DNA of 64,000 nucleotides from Oscillospiraceae bacterium. GTDB taxonomy: Bacteria > Bacillota > Clostridia > Oscillospirales > Oscillospiraceae. The position numbers were made by a program, and so were the translations under genes. Shown in pieces: positions 55,853-64,000 of the stretch. The notes beneath the pieces were generated by a model that worked only from the letters and a program-made list of their open reading frames with translations, made no database searches and was not told where the DNA came from. Location of the stretch: the NCBI GenBank assembly GCA_045640125.1, contig JAZUEL010000040.1, positions 4,305 through 68,304 on the forward strand, in the 5' to 3' direction. Positions within the stretch are counted from its first letter, which is position 1, and the number at the start of each line of letters is the position of its first letter.

Positions 55853-57042
55853 CAGCCTTTCATTTGCAGGAGCTTTTGCTTGAGCTCGCCCTCGATGCGT
55901 CCGAGCTCTGTTTCGGCTTCCATGCGGCGTGTGTGTCCGTCCTCTTGGATCTGACGGACCTCCTCCAGCGTGGAGATCAGCTCCTGATTGGTCTTTTTCA
56001 GTGTCTCCATATCGACAATGCCGCGCTCGGATTCCTGCGCCACGGCGACGGAGCCCATGTGCAGCGCCTCGGCGTTTTTCTTGAGCAGGTCGTTGGTCAG
56101 CTCCGAGACCTCGTGCGTCGCCTCCATGGCCTTTTGGCTGTTGTACATCGACAGTGCCAGCACCATCTGCTGCTTCCAGAGGGGGATGGTGTTCACGAGG
56201 GCGGTCTGGATCTTTTCCGCCATGAGAGAATCGTTGTTCTGGATAAGGCGGATCTGGGGACCCATCTGAATGGAGATCATGCGCGTCAGCTCGAGATCAT
56301 GCAGCTTCTTTTCAAAGCGGCCGAGGAGATTGGCATAGTCGTTGGCGGCCTGTGCATCCTCGGGCAGTCCGCTTTCCGCGGCCTTTTGCTGAATGGCGAC
56401 TAGTTCTGTTTTACGAAGCTCCTCGAGACGGAGCTTTCCTGCGATGATGTACATACTCAGCTCTTTGAAATACTGCTGATTCATCTCATACATCTTGTCC
56501 ATCATCACGATGTCCTTGTTCAGCGTGACCCAGTGACCGTCCAGCATTTCGGCGATCTTGTCCACGTTCACTTCGGCCTTGTTGTATTTGTTTTTCAGCT
56601 CCGAGATACTGCGTTCGGTCTTTTTGAAAAGACCTTTCAGTCCCTTTGCCTGCACCTCGTTGGCATCCAGACCCTGAAGCTCGTTCACGAGGTCGGAGAG
56701 CATTTTTCCGATCTCGCCCAGATCTTTGGTTTTGACCTTGGAGAGCGCCTCACCGGAAAACTCGGAAATGTTTTTCTGAGCGCCGGAGCCATAGTTGAGG
56801 ATCTGTGTGGAGTCCGTCACATCGATCTTGGCGGCAAATTCTCGCACAGCGGCCTGCTCGGCGGGGGAGAGTGAGTCGATGTCGAGCTTCTCCACGGGAA
56901 TTTCAGAGGCTTCGACAGCCTTTTCCTCTTCGTTCAGCATAAGCTGAGGCATAGCCGGAGCTTCGGCGGTCGCAGCCTGAGCGGCGGCGGGAACTGGATC
57001 AAGGGTGAGATGGAAATCCATGTTTTTTTCTTCGTCAGACAT
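55852..57042 (-). CDS. telA: Toxic anion resistance protein (TelA family)
   Basis: ~396 aa, all-helical, with TelA-like regions (ILNYGSGAQKNISEFSGEALSKVKTKDLGEIGKMLSDLV...). The ATG at 57042 (MSDEEK) was preferred over the ORF-track start at 57102. Confidence 0.7.
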   Translation of the reverse strand: MSDEEKNMDFHLTLDPVPAAAQAATAEAPAMPQLMLNEEEKAVEASEIPVEKLDIDSLSPAEQAAVREFAAKIDVTDSTQILNYGSGAQKNISEFSGEALSKVKTKDLGEIGKMLSDLVNELQGLDANEVQAKGLKGLFKKTERSISELKNKYNKAEVNVDKIAEMLDGHWVTLNKDIVMMDKMYEMNQQYFKELSMYIIAGKLRLEELRKTELVAIQQKAAESGLPEDAQAANDYANLLGRFEKKLHDLELTRMISIQMGPQIRLIQNNDSLMAEKIQTALVNTIPLWKQQMVLALSMYNSQKAMEATHEVSELTNDLLKKNAEALHMGSVAVAQESERGIVDMETLKKTNQELISTLEEVRQIQEDGHTRRMEAETELGRIEGELKQKLLQMKG

Positions 57043-57116
57043 AGTCAGGATTCCTTTCTGAAAATCATTTGTTTGAGAATATTTTATGCGTCTTAGCGTC
57101 AAAAATCAAGCAATAC

Positions 57117-57144
57117 TTGCAGTTATTTATTTAAGTGGTATAAT
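57117..57144 (+). promoter_or_regulatory. Sigma-A-type promoter upstream of rpe
   Basis: TTGCAG (57117-57122), 16-nt spacer, extended -10 TGGTATAAT (57136-57144). Confidence 0.55.
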
Positions 57145-57251
57145 TTAGTCGGTGGGAGTGCGATCCGCGGAGCTCCGCAAGGCCGCACTCCCTATATCAA
57201 AGCCCACTGCGCGCGGGCGGACTGAATCATACTATGCGATCGGAGCCTGAA

Positions 57252-57908
57252 ATGATAAAAATTGCACCCTCGATCCTCTCGGCGGATTTTACGCGCCTGG
57301 GGGAGGAAGTTCGAAATGTGTTAGACGGCGGGGCGGATTATATTCATGTCGATGTCATGGACGGACTTTTCGTTCCGAATATCTCCATCGGCGTTCCGGT
57401 CGTGAAGTCGCTGCGCAAGGCGTTTCCGGATGCCTTTCTGGATGTCCATCTGATGATCACTGAGCCGCTTCGCTATGTCGATGCCTTCTGCGATGCCGGA
57501 GCCAGCCTTGTGATGATGCACGTCGAAGCAGACAAGCCAGAAAACATTGCCGCTGCCATAGCGCGGACGAAGGAGCACGGCAAAAAGGTCGGGCTGACGG
57601 TCAAACCCAAGACCCCTGCCGCGGCGTTGGAGCCGTATTTGAAGCAGCTCGATATGATTCTCGTGATGACCGTGGAGCCCGGCTTCGGAGGACAGAGCTT
57701 CATGGCCGATCAGCTTTCTAAGATCAAGACGCTGCGCGAGCGTATCAACGCCGTGAATCCCGCGTGCGAGCTCGAGGTGGATGGCGGCGTTTCGCCCGAT
57801 ACCGCGCCGCTGGTGATTGAGGCTGGGGCGAATGTCCTCGTCGCGGGCAGCGCCGTTTTCGGAAAACCCGACTATGAAAAAGTGATGAAAGAAATTCGGG
57901 GGGTATAA
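57252..57908 (+). CDS. rpe: Ribulose-phosphate 3-epimerase
   Basis: MIKIAPSILSADF...HVDVMDG.FVPN...DVHLM...MTVEPGFGGQSF...VDGG signature set. GGAG RBS 6 nt before the ATG at 57252. Confidence 0.9.
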   Translation: MIKIAPSILSADFTRLGEEVRNVLDGGADYIHVDVMDGLFVPNISIGVPVVKSLRKAFPDAFLDVHLMITEPLRYVDAFCDAGASLVMMHVEADKPENIAAAIARTKEHGKKVGLTVKPKTPAAALEPYLKQLDMILVMTVEPGFGGQSFMADQLSKIKTLRERINAVNPACELEVDGGVSPDTAPLVIEAGANVLVAGSAVFGKPDYEKVMKEIRGV

Positions 57909-57913
57909 TTCCT

Positions 57914-58513
57914 ATGCCGTTCTTTCCCGTCTCGTTTGAAAAACTGGTCGATAAATTTGCTTCGCTTCCCGGCATCGGACGCAAAAGCGCCCAAAGGCTG
58001 GCCTTTCATGTGCTGTCCTGGCCGCAGGAGGATGCCGAGGATTTTGCTCAGACGATCGTGGATGCCTGCCGGAACGTCCACCGCTGTCCGGTCTGTCAGA
58101 ATCTGACGGACGGGGAGCTTTGCCCCGTGTGCGCCGATGCGCGCCGCGACCGAAGCGTCATTTGCGTGGTTGCCGAACCGCGCGATGTGGCAAGTATCGA
58201 GCGCAGTCGGGAGTATAATGGCATGTATCATGTTCTGCACGGCGTTCTTTCGCCCATGAATCGCATCGGGCCGGATGATATTCGCGTCAAGGAGCTTTTG
58301 GAACGCATTGCGGACGGCGAGGTGCAGGAGGTCATCATGGCGACGAATCCCGACACCGAGGGCGATGCCACCGCCATGTATATCGCTCGTTTGCTGAAGC
58401 CCTTTGAACTCAAGGTCACCCGCCTTGCCTACGGCATTCCCGTCGGCTCCAATCTGGAGTTCACCGACGATGCCACACTTGTTCGCGCCCTGGAGGGGCG
58501 GCGCGATATGTGA
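57914..58513 (+). CDS. recR: Recombination protein RecR
   Basis: LPGIGRKSAQRLAFH helix-hairpin-helix, C4 zinc finger (CPVCQNLTD..LCPVC) and a Toprim domain (VICVVAEPRDV...EVIMATNPDTEGDATA). Confidence 0.9.
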   Translation: MPFFPVSFEKLVDKFASLPGIGRKSAQRLAFHVLSWPQEDAEDFAQTIVDACRNVHRCPVCQNLTDGELCPVCADARRDRSVICVVAEPRDVASIERSREYNGMYHVLHGVLSPMNRIGPDDIRVKELLERIADGEVQEVIMATNPDTEGDATAMYIARLLKPFELKVTRLAYGIPVGSNLEFTDDATLVRALEGRRDM

Positions 58514-58597
58514 CGCATAGTTTGATTGTTTGCTCTCCGCCGGAAGGGGGAGCTCTGTTTACATACTTTTCATTGAAAAGGAGATTTGAATTATTAT

Positions 58598-60259
58598 ATG
58601 CCGAAAAAATTGAAAATCATGGCTCTCGGTGGTCTCGATGAGATCGGCAAGAACCTCTACGTCTATGAGTACGGACGCGATATCCTGATCGTGGATTGCG
58701 GTATGGGATTTCCCGACGAGGATATGTACGGGATCGACGTGGTGATCCCCGACATCAGCTATCTCGTGGAGAACAAAAACCGTATTCGCGGTATGATCCT
58801 GACACACGGGCACGAGGACCATATCGGTGCCGTGCCCTATGTCATGCAGCAGATCCGCTGCCCCATCTATGCCACACGTCTGACGGCGGGGCTTGTCAGC
58901 TTGAAATTACAGGAGCATCATCTGGCGGACAAGGTCAAAATTCACACGCTGTCCGCCGGTGACCGATTCCTGTGCGGATGCTTTGACTGCGAGCTGGTGC
59001 ACGTGAATCACTCCATCGCCGACTCCGTCGCCGTCGCCATCCGTACGCCGATTGGTGTTGTTATCCACACCGGCGACTTTAAGATCGACCTCAACCCGAT
59101 CGAGGGTGAGGTGTTTGATTTTGCCCGCTTTGCGGAGCTCGGTCGTGAGGGCGTTCTGGCGCTCTTGTCCGACTCCACAAACGTGGAGCGCGCGGGCTAT
59201 TCTGATTCCGAGCATCATGTCGGACAGCGCTTTGATGCACTGTTCAAGGACTGCGATAAGCGCATCATCGTCACGACCTTCGCCTCCAATGTCCACCGCA
59301 TCCAGCAGGTCATCGACTGCGCCGCCCGCTACAAACGCAAAGTCGGCATCACGGGACGCAGCATGGAAAATGTCGTGAAGCTCGCGGCGGAGGAGGGCTA
59401 TCTCAAAATACCGAACGGCACGCTGGTCGAGATGGCAAAGCTTAACGGGCTGCCGCCGCATAAAGTTGTTATTATCACGACCGGCTCGCAGGGCGAGAGT
59501 ATGTCGGCGCTGTATCGAATGGCCTTTGCCGAGCACCGGCAGGTGAAGATCACCGCCGGAGACCGCGTTATTATCTCTGCATCGGCTATCCCCGGCAACG
59601 AGCGCACGGTTACCAAAGTCATCGACGAGCTGTTCTGGAAAGGTGCGGAGGTCATTTACGACCGCTCCGCCGATATCCATGTCTCCGGTCACGCCTGCCA
59701 GCAGGAGCAAAAAACCATGATGGCACTGACCAAACCGCACTTTTTTATCCCCGTCCACGGCGAACATCGTATGCTGTGCCGCCATGTGGAGCTGGCAAAG
59801 GAAATGGGGATCGCGTCGCGGAACTGCGTCATTGCCGAGTGCGGCGATGTGATCGAGCTGACGGAGAAAACCGCCCGCAAAAACGGAAAAGTGAAATCGG
59901 GGCGTGTGCTGGTGGACGGCACCGGCAGCACCGAGGGTCTGGAAAGCGTTGTGCTGCGTGACCGGCAGCATCTCGCGACGGACGGTATGCTCGTCGTCGT
60001 AATGACCGTCGACTCCGAGGACGGCTCGATGGTCGCCGAGCCGGAGATCATCTCCCGCGGCTTTGTGTATATGAAGGATAATTCCGAGCTCATGGAGCAG
60101 GTTCGCCGCGTCGTGCGCGAGAGTCTGGAATCCTGCGAGCGCCAGCACATCACGGACTGGGCCGGTATCAAGGGTAAGGTCAAAACCAACCTTTCCGGTT
60201 TCCTCTATAAAAACACGCGCAACAGTCCTATGATCCTGCCGGTCATCATTGAGGTGTGA
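58598..60259 (+). CDS. rnj: Ribonuclease J
   Basis: Metallo-beta-lactamase/beta-CASP motifs (LTHGHEDHIG, HTGDFK, SDSTN, VSGHA). ATG at 58598 (MPKKLKIMALGGLDEIGKN). Confidence 0.9.
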   Translation: MPKKLKIMALGGLDEIGKNLYVYEYGRDILIVDCGMGFPDEDMYGIDVVIPDISYLVENKNRIRGMILTHGHEDHIGAVPYVMQQIRCPIYATRLTAGLVSLKLQEHHLADKVKIHTLSAGDRFLCGCFDCELVHVNHSIADSVAVAIRTPIGVVIHTGDFKIDLNPIEGEVFDFARFAELGREGVLALLSDSTNVERAGYSDSEHHVGQRFDALFKDCDKRIIVTTFASNVHRIQQVIDCAARYKRKVGITGRSMENVVKLAAEEGYLKIPNGTLVEMAKLNGLPPHKVVIITTGSQGESMSALYRMAFAEHRQVKITAGDRVIISASAIPGNERTVTKVIDELFWKGAEVIYDRSADIHVSGHACQQEQKTMMALTKPHFFIPVHGEHRMLCRHVELAKEMGIASRNCVIAECGDVIELTEKTARKNGKVKSGRVLVDGTGSTEGLESVVLRDRQHLATDGMLVVVMTVDSEDGSMVAEPEIISRGFVYMKDNSELMEQVRRVVRESLESCERQHITDWAGIKGKVKTNLSGFLYKNTRNSPMILPVIIEV

Positions 60260-60260
60260 T

Positions 60261-61133
60261 ATGATCCCTCTGTTTGATGCCCATTGCGATACGCTGTACG
60301 AATGCGAAAAACGGAATTGCTCGATTCTGAATCCATCACTGTCGGCATCGCCGACGCATACCGCGGTGATCGAGCCCTATTTTCAGATATACGCGCTGTT
60401 TACGGACAGAGGAGGCTATCCTCTATTTCAACGCCTTCTTGCGATTGGACAGCGTGAACTTGCGGCTGCCAAGCACGGCTTTTGCTATTCGATCGAAGGC
60501 GCGGAGGGCATCAACTGCGATGCGGCAAAGCTGCCTGAGGCGTATGCCGCGGGTGTGCGGGTCATCAATCTTTGCTGGAACTACGACAATGCCCTCTGCG
60601 GCTCTGCCATGGACGGCGGCGCGGGGCTGACGGAACAGGGGAGAGCGTTTTACAGGGAAATGGAGCGGCTCGGTATTCTGGCGGATATGAGCCACCTCTC
60701 CGATGCTTCGTTTTGGGACATCGCAGAGCTTTCGACCCGTCCGATCATCGCCTCGCACTCAAACAGCCGCGCTCTGTGCCACTGGCCGCGCAACCTGACG
60801 GATGAACAGTTTGCAGCGATCGCAAGATCCGGCGGCGTGGTCGGACTGAACTTCGTGCCCGATTTTCTCGGACTGAGCCGAAATATCGAAGAGGTCATCG
60901 CCCACGCGGAGCATTTTCTGGCTCTCGGCGGCGAAAAGCACCTCGGCATCGGCTCGGACTTTGACGGCTGCGAGCCGCCGGACGAACTGCATGATCTGCG
61001 GGATATGGAGAAGCTTTATAACGCCATGCTCCGCCGAAACTGGCCGGAGACACTGGTGCGGGATATCTTTTATAACAACTTCGGGAGGCTGTTTGATGAA
61101 TATACAGATATTCGGACGCTCCAAGTGCTTTGA
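60261..61133 (+). CDS. Membrane dipeptidase (peptidase M19 family)
   Basis: IPLFDAHCDTLYE, IASHSNSRAL and GIGSDFDG motifs. ATG at 60261. Confidence 0.8.
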   Translation: MIPLFDAHCDTLYECEKRNCSILNPSLSASPTHTAVIEPYFQIYALFTDRGGYPLFQRLLAIGQRELAAAKHGFCYSIEGAEGINCDAAKLPEAYAAGVRVINLCWNYDNALCGSAMDGGAGLTEQGRAFYREMERLGILADMSHLSDASFWDIAELSTRPIIASHSNSRALCHWPRNLTDEQFAAIARSGGVVGLNFVPDFLGLSRNIEEVIAHAEHFLALGGEKHLGIGSDFDGCEPPDELHDLRDMEKLYNAMLRRNWPETLVRDIFYNNFGRLFDEYTDIRTLQVL

Positions 61134-61413
61134 TTCCAAAAAGGCGGAGCGCTGGTTTAAGGAACGCCGCATCAAATACCAGTATATTGACATCAACCGC
61201 TACGGCATGAGCCGCGGAGAACTGACGAGTGTGAAAAACTCCGTGGGTCTGGCGGCGCTGTCGGATGCGCCGGAGATCGCGTATCTGGCATACGATGCCG
61301 ATAAGCTCGAAAAGCTCTTTGAATGGCCGGAGTTCATCAAGACTCCGGTCGTGCGAAACGGCAAACAGGCCACCGTCGGCTATTGTCCCGATGTGTGGAA
61401 GAACTGGGAATAA
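61096..61413 (+). CDS. ArsC/Spx/MgsR family protein (YffB-like thioredoxin fold)
   Basis: 105 aa: MNIQIFGRSKCFDSKKAERWFKERRIKYQYIDI...TPVVRNGKQATVGY. The ATG at 61096 overlaps the dipeptidase 3' end by 38 nt. Confidence 0.65.
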   Translation: MNIQIFGRSKCFDSKKAERWFKERRIKYQYIDINRYGMSRGELTSVKNSVGLAALSDAPEIAYLAYDADKLEKLFEWPEFIKTPVVRNGKQATVGYCPDVWKNWE

Positions 61414-61415
61414 GG

Positions 61416-61447
61416 AAAAGGACGAAGCAACAAGCTTCGTCCTTTTG
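61416..61447. terminator. Bidirectional intrinsic terminator
   Basis: 12-bp stem AAAGGACGAAGC / GCTTCGTCCTTT with a 5-nt loop (AACAA), then TTGT. Confidence 0.75.
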
Positions 61448-61451
61448 TCTG

Positions 61452-61886
61452 TTATTGCTCAAAAGCGGATTGCAGCGCCGCGTAAAATTCCGGCTCGATC
61501 TCGCCGAGCGAGATGCTTTTGAGATTGGTAAAGCCGCCCTCCTTGCTTCGCTTTGTCCAGATGTGAAAGCTCTCGGCGCGGTGTACGCACTGCCCGTTGA
61601 AGAAGCACTCATAGCCGAGCTTCATCTTCTTGCCCTCGAACAGAAGAAGTTTTGTCTGCACGGTCAGCTCGCCGACGCTGTTGATCGGCGCAAGATAGTT
61701 TAAACTGAGATTGACCATGACAGGGTCGATGCCGCGTTGATTCTGCCAGTCAAAGGGATAGGCTATGCTCTTAAAAAAGTCCAGTCTTGCGATCTCAAAC
61801 CAGACGGGATAGACCGAATGATGCACGATGCCCATTTGGTCAAAGTCTCGCAGGCGAATGTCTATCTTTGTTTCAAGCAAATGCAT
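61452..61886 (-). CDS. Acyl-CoA thioesterase (4HBT/YbgC-like hotdog fold)
   Basis: IRLRDFDQMGIVHHSVYPVWFEIARLDFF matches the hotdog-fold thioesterase N-terminal signature (D.D..G.V.n..Y..yfe.AR). Confidence 0.75.
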   Translation of the reverse strand: MHLLETKIDIRLRDFDQMGIVHHSVYPVWFEIARLDFFKSIAYPFDWQNQRGIDPVMVNLSLNYLAPINSVGELTVQTKLLLFEGKKMKLGYECFFNGQCVHRAESFHIWTKRSKEGGFTNLKSISLGEIEPEFYAALQSAFEQ

Positions 61887-61914
61887 CCCACTCTTTCATT
61901 GGTTGATTCACTTC

Positions 61915-63057
61915 TTAGCCGAACAGACCCTTGAAGAAGTCCACGATTTCGTTGCGGATGCCGTTGTATACCTCGGTAATCTGCTGGATGACGGCGTGCT
62001 CCCCGTCAAGGACCTCCTCGATCTCTTCCTCCACGATTTGCGCCGGTGCAGGCGCGGAAGCGACAGGCGCGGCAGAAGTGGCGGGTGTCGTTACTCCGGC
62101 GGGGGGCACGGACTGCTGTGCGGCGGCTGCCTCTTTAGGCTCGGTAGATGCTTCACCGGATGCTTCACCGGATGCTTCACCCGAGGGCTCGCCCAAACTT
62201 TCCTCGGCCTGAGGATCAGCGGGCGATTCCTCAGCCTCGACGAGCGATTCCTCCGTTTCCTCCTCGATGGTGGTGTCCGCTGCATCCTCGGTCAGCACAT
62301 CTTCGTGGACCTCATCGGCTTCGTCCGCATCGGGGGCAACGCTCACTTCGTTCGGAGTGCTGTCGGCAGGCTCAAACACGAATTCGACATCGGGCTCGGA
62401 GCTTGTCATGGCGGCCAGCAGCGCGGCGGCCTCTTTCAAAGCGGCATCGCGTGCGTCCGTGACAGCGGTATCAAGGATAAAGGCGACGTGCATGGCTTCG
62501 GCGGCGGTGCAGATGGTGTAGTCAGAAATCCAATTGTTCTCATCGCCGAGAAGCTCAGCAAAATTCTCAATGTCGAGCAGGTCGGCGGCTTTGTCCAAGG
62601 TGCCGATCAGCTCCGCTTTGAGCACTTCGCCATAGGGGTCAAAGGTGGTTTCGTTCCGTCCGGTCATCAAGCCATTGGAAACAGCGGCATCGATGGCATC
62701 CTTGGCGTAAATTTCGGTGTCATAGAAAGCGGGCAGTGCTTTGCTGTCGGTCTCCAGCTCGCACAAAGCGGTCAAGAGCTGCGCAAGCTCCACACGGGTA
62801 TAAGTGCGCCCCGGACGGAAGCTGCCGTCCGAATAGGCGGCAATGTAGCCCTTGTCGATCATGGCGGCGAGTTCGTCGGGATTTTCGGCATCATCCAGAT
62901 CGAGAATGAAATCAGCGGCGTTTTCCTCGACGGTGGCTTCCGTCACGGCATCGATTTCCGCAGGCTCCTCTTCGGCGGCAAAAACGCTCAGGCACAGGCA
63001 AAGGCACACAAGCGCTGCCAGCAGGATTATTTTCAAAGGCTTATTCAGATTTTTCAT
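61915..63057 (-). CDS. SLH-domain cell-surface protein with an acidic repeat-rich C-terminal half
   Basis: Signal peptide MKNLNKPLKIILLAALVCLCLCLSVFA. SLH-type units (GYIAAYSDGSFRPGRTYTRVELAQLL; AIDAAVSNGLMTGRNETTFDPYGEVLKAEL). GEASGEASGEAS repeats. Confidence 0.65.
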   Translation of the reverse strand: MKNLNKPLKIILLAALVCLCLCLSVFAAEEEPAEIDAVTEATVEENAADFILDLDDAENPDELAAMIDKGYIAAYSDGSFRPGRTYTRVELAQLLTALCELETDSKALPAFYDTEIYAKDAIDAAVSNGLMTGRNETTFDPYGEVLKAELIGTLDKAADLLDIENFAELLGDENNWISDYTICTAAEAMHVAFILDTAVTDARDAALKEAAALLAAMTSSEPDVEFVFEPADSTPNEVSVAPDADEADEVHEDVLTEDAADTTIEEETEESLVEAEESPADPQAEESLGEPSGEASGEASGEASTEPKEAAAAQQSVPPAGVTTPATSAAPVASAPAPAQIVEEEIEEVLDGEHAVIQQITEVYNGIRNEIVDFFKGLFG

Positions 63058-63174
63058 AATAATTCTCCCAGCCTATAAAATTCTATGATACATTTTACAT
63101 GAATTCCATGCCGCCTGCAAGGGGCAATCTTAAACAAATTATGAAATACACCATGAAAATTTGCTCTTAATTTC

Positions 63175-63202
63175 TTGCGATTTGTGAATTATTTGTTATA
63201 AT
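63175..63202 (+). promoter_or_regulatory. Sigma-A-type promoter of the terminal lipoprotein gene
   Basis: TTGCGA (63175-63180), 16-nt spacer, extended -10 TGTTATAAT (63194-63202). Confidence 0.5.
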
Positions 63203-63236
63203 AGCGTCGTAGTTTATAACAAAAGGAGAACAAACC

Positions 63237-64000
63237 ATGAAAAAACTGTTAAGCTTGGTGCTTGCGCTCTGCCTGCTGCTGGCTCTGTGTGCCTGCGGTA
63301 CAGCGACGGAAGAAGCGACACAGGAAACGCCTGCACCTGTGCTTGTAGAAGAAGCACCCGCGCAGGCGGGGGATGCCTCCGGCGAGCCCTCGGGTGAGCC
63401 CTCTGCGGAGCCTGCCACCAATGAAGCCGGCGGAAGCGGCGCGATTCCCGCAGCCCCTGTCGCTGCATCCGAACAGCCCGTGCCCGATCACGCCGAGCCC
63501 ATCGACGTGGAGCTTGACCCCAACGCACATTTCCTTGCCTTTGCCGCCGATCAGCACGGTGAGCTTCCCGGCTTCCGTGTATGGCTGGAGGATCAGCTCG
63601 CGGTTTACAGCGATCAGCTCGAGCTGCTGAGCTATTCCGGTGATCTCTGCGAAAAGAACTGGGATCAGTCCATGTTCGATTCCTTTAAGGCGATGCTGGA
63701 TGAGCTGCTGCCCGGTCGCTACAATGTTACCACCGGCAACCAGGAATGGAAAGCCGGCGCTCCCGGCGCGACCTGGGATGAACTGGGTGAGGGCTTTACC
63801 TATACCGGCGAAGTGGTCAAAACCGACAGCTATATCGTTTATGATATCGGCGCGGCGGCGGAACAGTATGTTTTCGCGCAGGAGCAGATCGACGCGATCA
63901 GCGAATATCTTGCCGCTGCCCCCAACAATATCCCCATTTTTGTCGTCAGCCATTTCCCCCTGCATCTGGCCTGCGCCACGGCGACCCACGGCATCCCTAA
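63237..64000 (+). CDS. Lipoprotein, probable metallophosphoesterase (partial, runs off the window)
   Basis: MKKLLSLVLALCLLLALCACG lipobox, Glu/Pro/Ser linker (GEPSGEPSAEP), then phosphoesterase-like motifs (FAADQHG, SGDLCEK, TGNQEW, VVSHFPLH). AAGGAG RBS. Not in the ORF track because there is no stop within the window. Confidence 0.6.
   Translation, partial: MKKLLSLVLALCLLLALCACGTATEEATQETPAPVLVEEAPAQAGDASGEPSGEPSAEPATNEAGGSGAIPAAPVAASEQPVPDHAEPIDVELDPNAHFLAFAADQHGELPGFRVWLEDQLAVYSDQLELLSYSGDLCEKNWDQSMFDSFKAMLDELLPGRYNVTTGNQEWKAGAPGATWDELGEGFTYTGEVVKTDSYIVYDIGAAAEQYVFAQEQIDAISEYLAAAPNNIPIFVVSHFPLHLACATATHGIP

Noticed and set aside
57103-57251. SRP RNA (ffs/scRNA), which in many Firmicutes lies upstream of the dnaX-ybaB-recR region
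   Set aside because: No domain IV consensus (GNAR tetraloop context, conserved AGCA/GGAA symmetric loop) is visible. dnaX and ybaB are also absent here, since recR follows rpe.
20166-63989. Other long shadow ORFs: 20166-21350, 48183-49226, 53328-54713, 55657-56403, 58907-60148, 61828-63078, 63249-63989
   Set aside because: Each overlaps a confidently assigned gene on the other strand (malQ, ECF ATPase, HerA-like, telA, rnj, SLH protein, lipoprotein) and has no recognisable motifs.
1-64000. Search for CRISPR arrays, rRNA, tRNA, IS elements with terminal inverted repeats, retron/DGR-type reverse transcriptases and toxin-antitoxin pairs
   Set aside because: Intergenic regions are short and were read individually. 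There are no regularly spaced direct repeats, no cloverleaf-like or rRNA-like segments, no transposase or RT motifs, and no small adjacent gene pairs of TA type. Absence is by eye only; tRNAscan-SE, Infernal and CRISPR finders should confirm.

Overview
64-kb window from a high-G+C, endospore-forming Clostridia-type Firmicute. This is inferred from gene content only (ytfI/ytfJ-like genes, dacB-like carboxypeptidase, PdaB-like deacetylase, IspH-S1 fusion, SLH protein); the exact taxon cannot be determined here. Roughly two thirds is ordinary, tightly packed housekeeping DNA: cmk-plsC-ispH/rpsA, recG, malQ, rpe-recR-rnj, a dipeptidase and others. Three accessory features stand out. (1) A ~7.56-kb element (11461-19017) carries a large serine recombinase and splits a PdaB-like polysaccharide deacetylase gene into two same-strand halves. 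Imperfect inverted repeats abut a shared TC (GA on the gene strand) dinucleotide at both junctions. Precise excision there would restore an in-frame gene, so this may be a skin-like, sporulation-regulated intervening element. (2) A single uninterrupted 23,853-nt ORF (21984-45836) encodes a 7,950-aa giant repeat protein with a Sec signal peptide. It has a beta-helix cap, GGxGxD motifs, six InlB-B-repeat-like modules and about 12 kb of degenerate small-residue solenoid-type repeats. A second region is punctuated by a recurring (L/I)G(T/S)xDxP(L/F)xI motif, and the C-terminus is a TPR domain. There is no recognisable wall anchor and no partner secretion gene in the window. This is my best candidate for the undescribed system. 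(3) A cobalamin riboswitch controls an ECF-type transporter in which two ATPase domains and an S-component-like membrane domain are fused into one 875-aa protein. No rRNA, tRNA or CRISPR array was seen. All family assignments come from motif recognition by eye; no database search was run.
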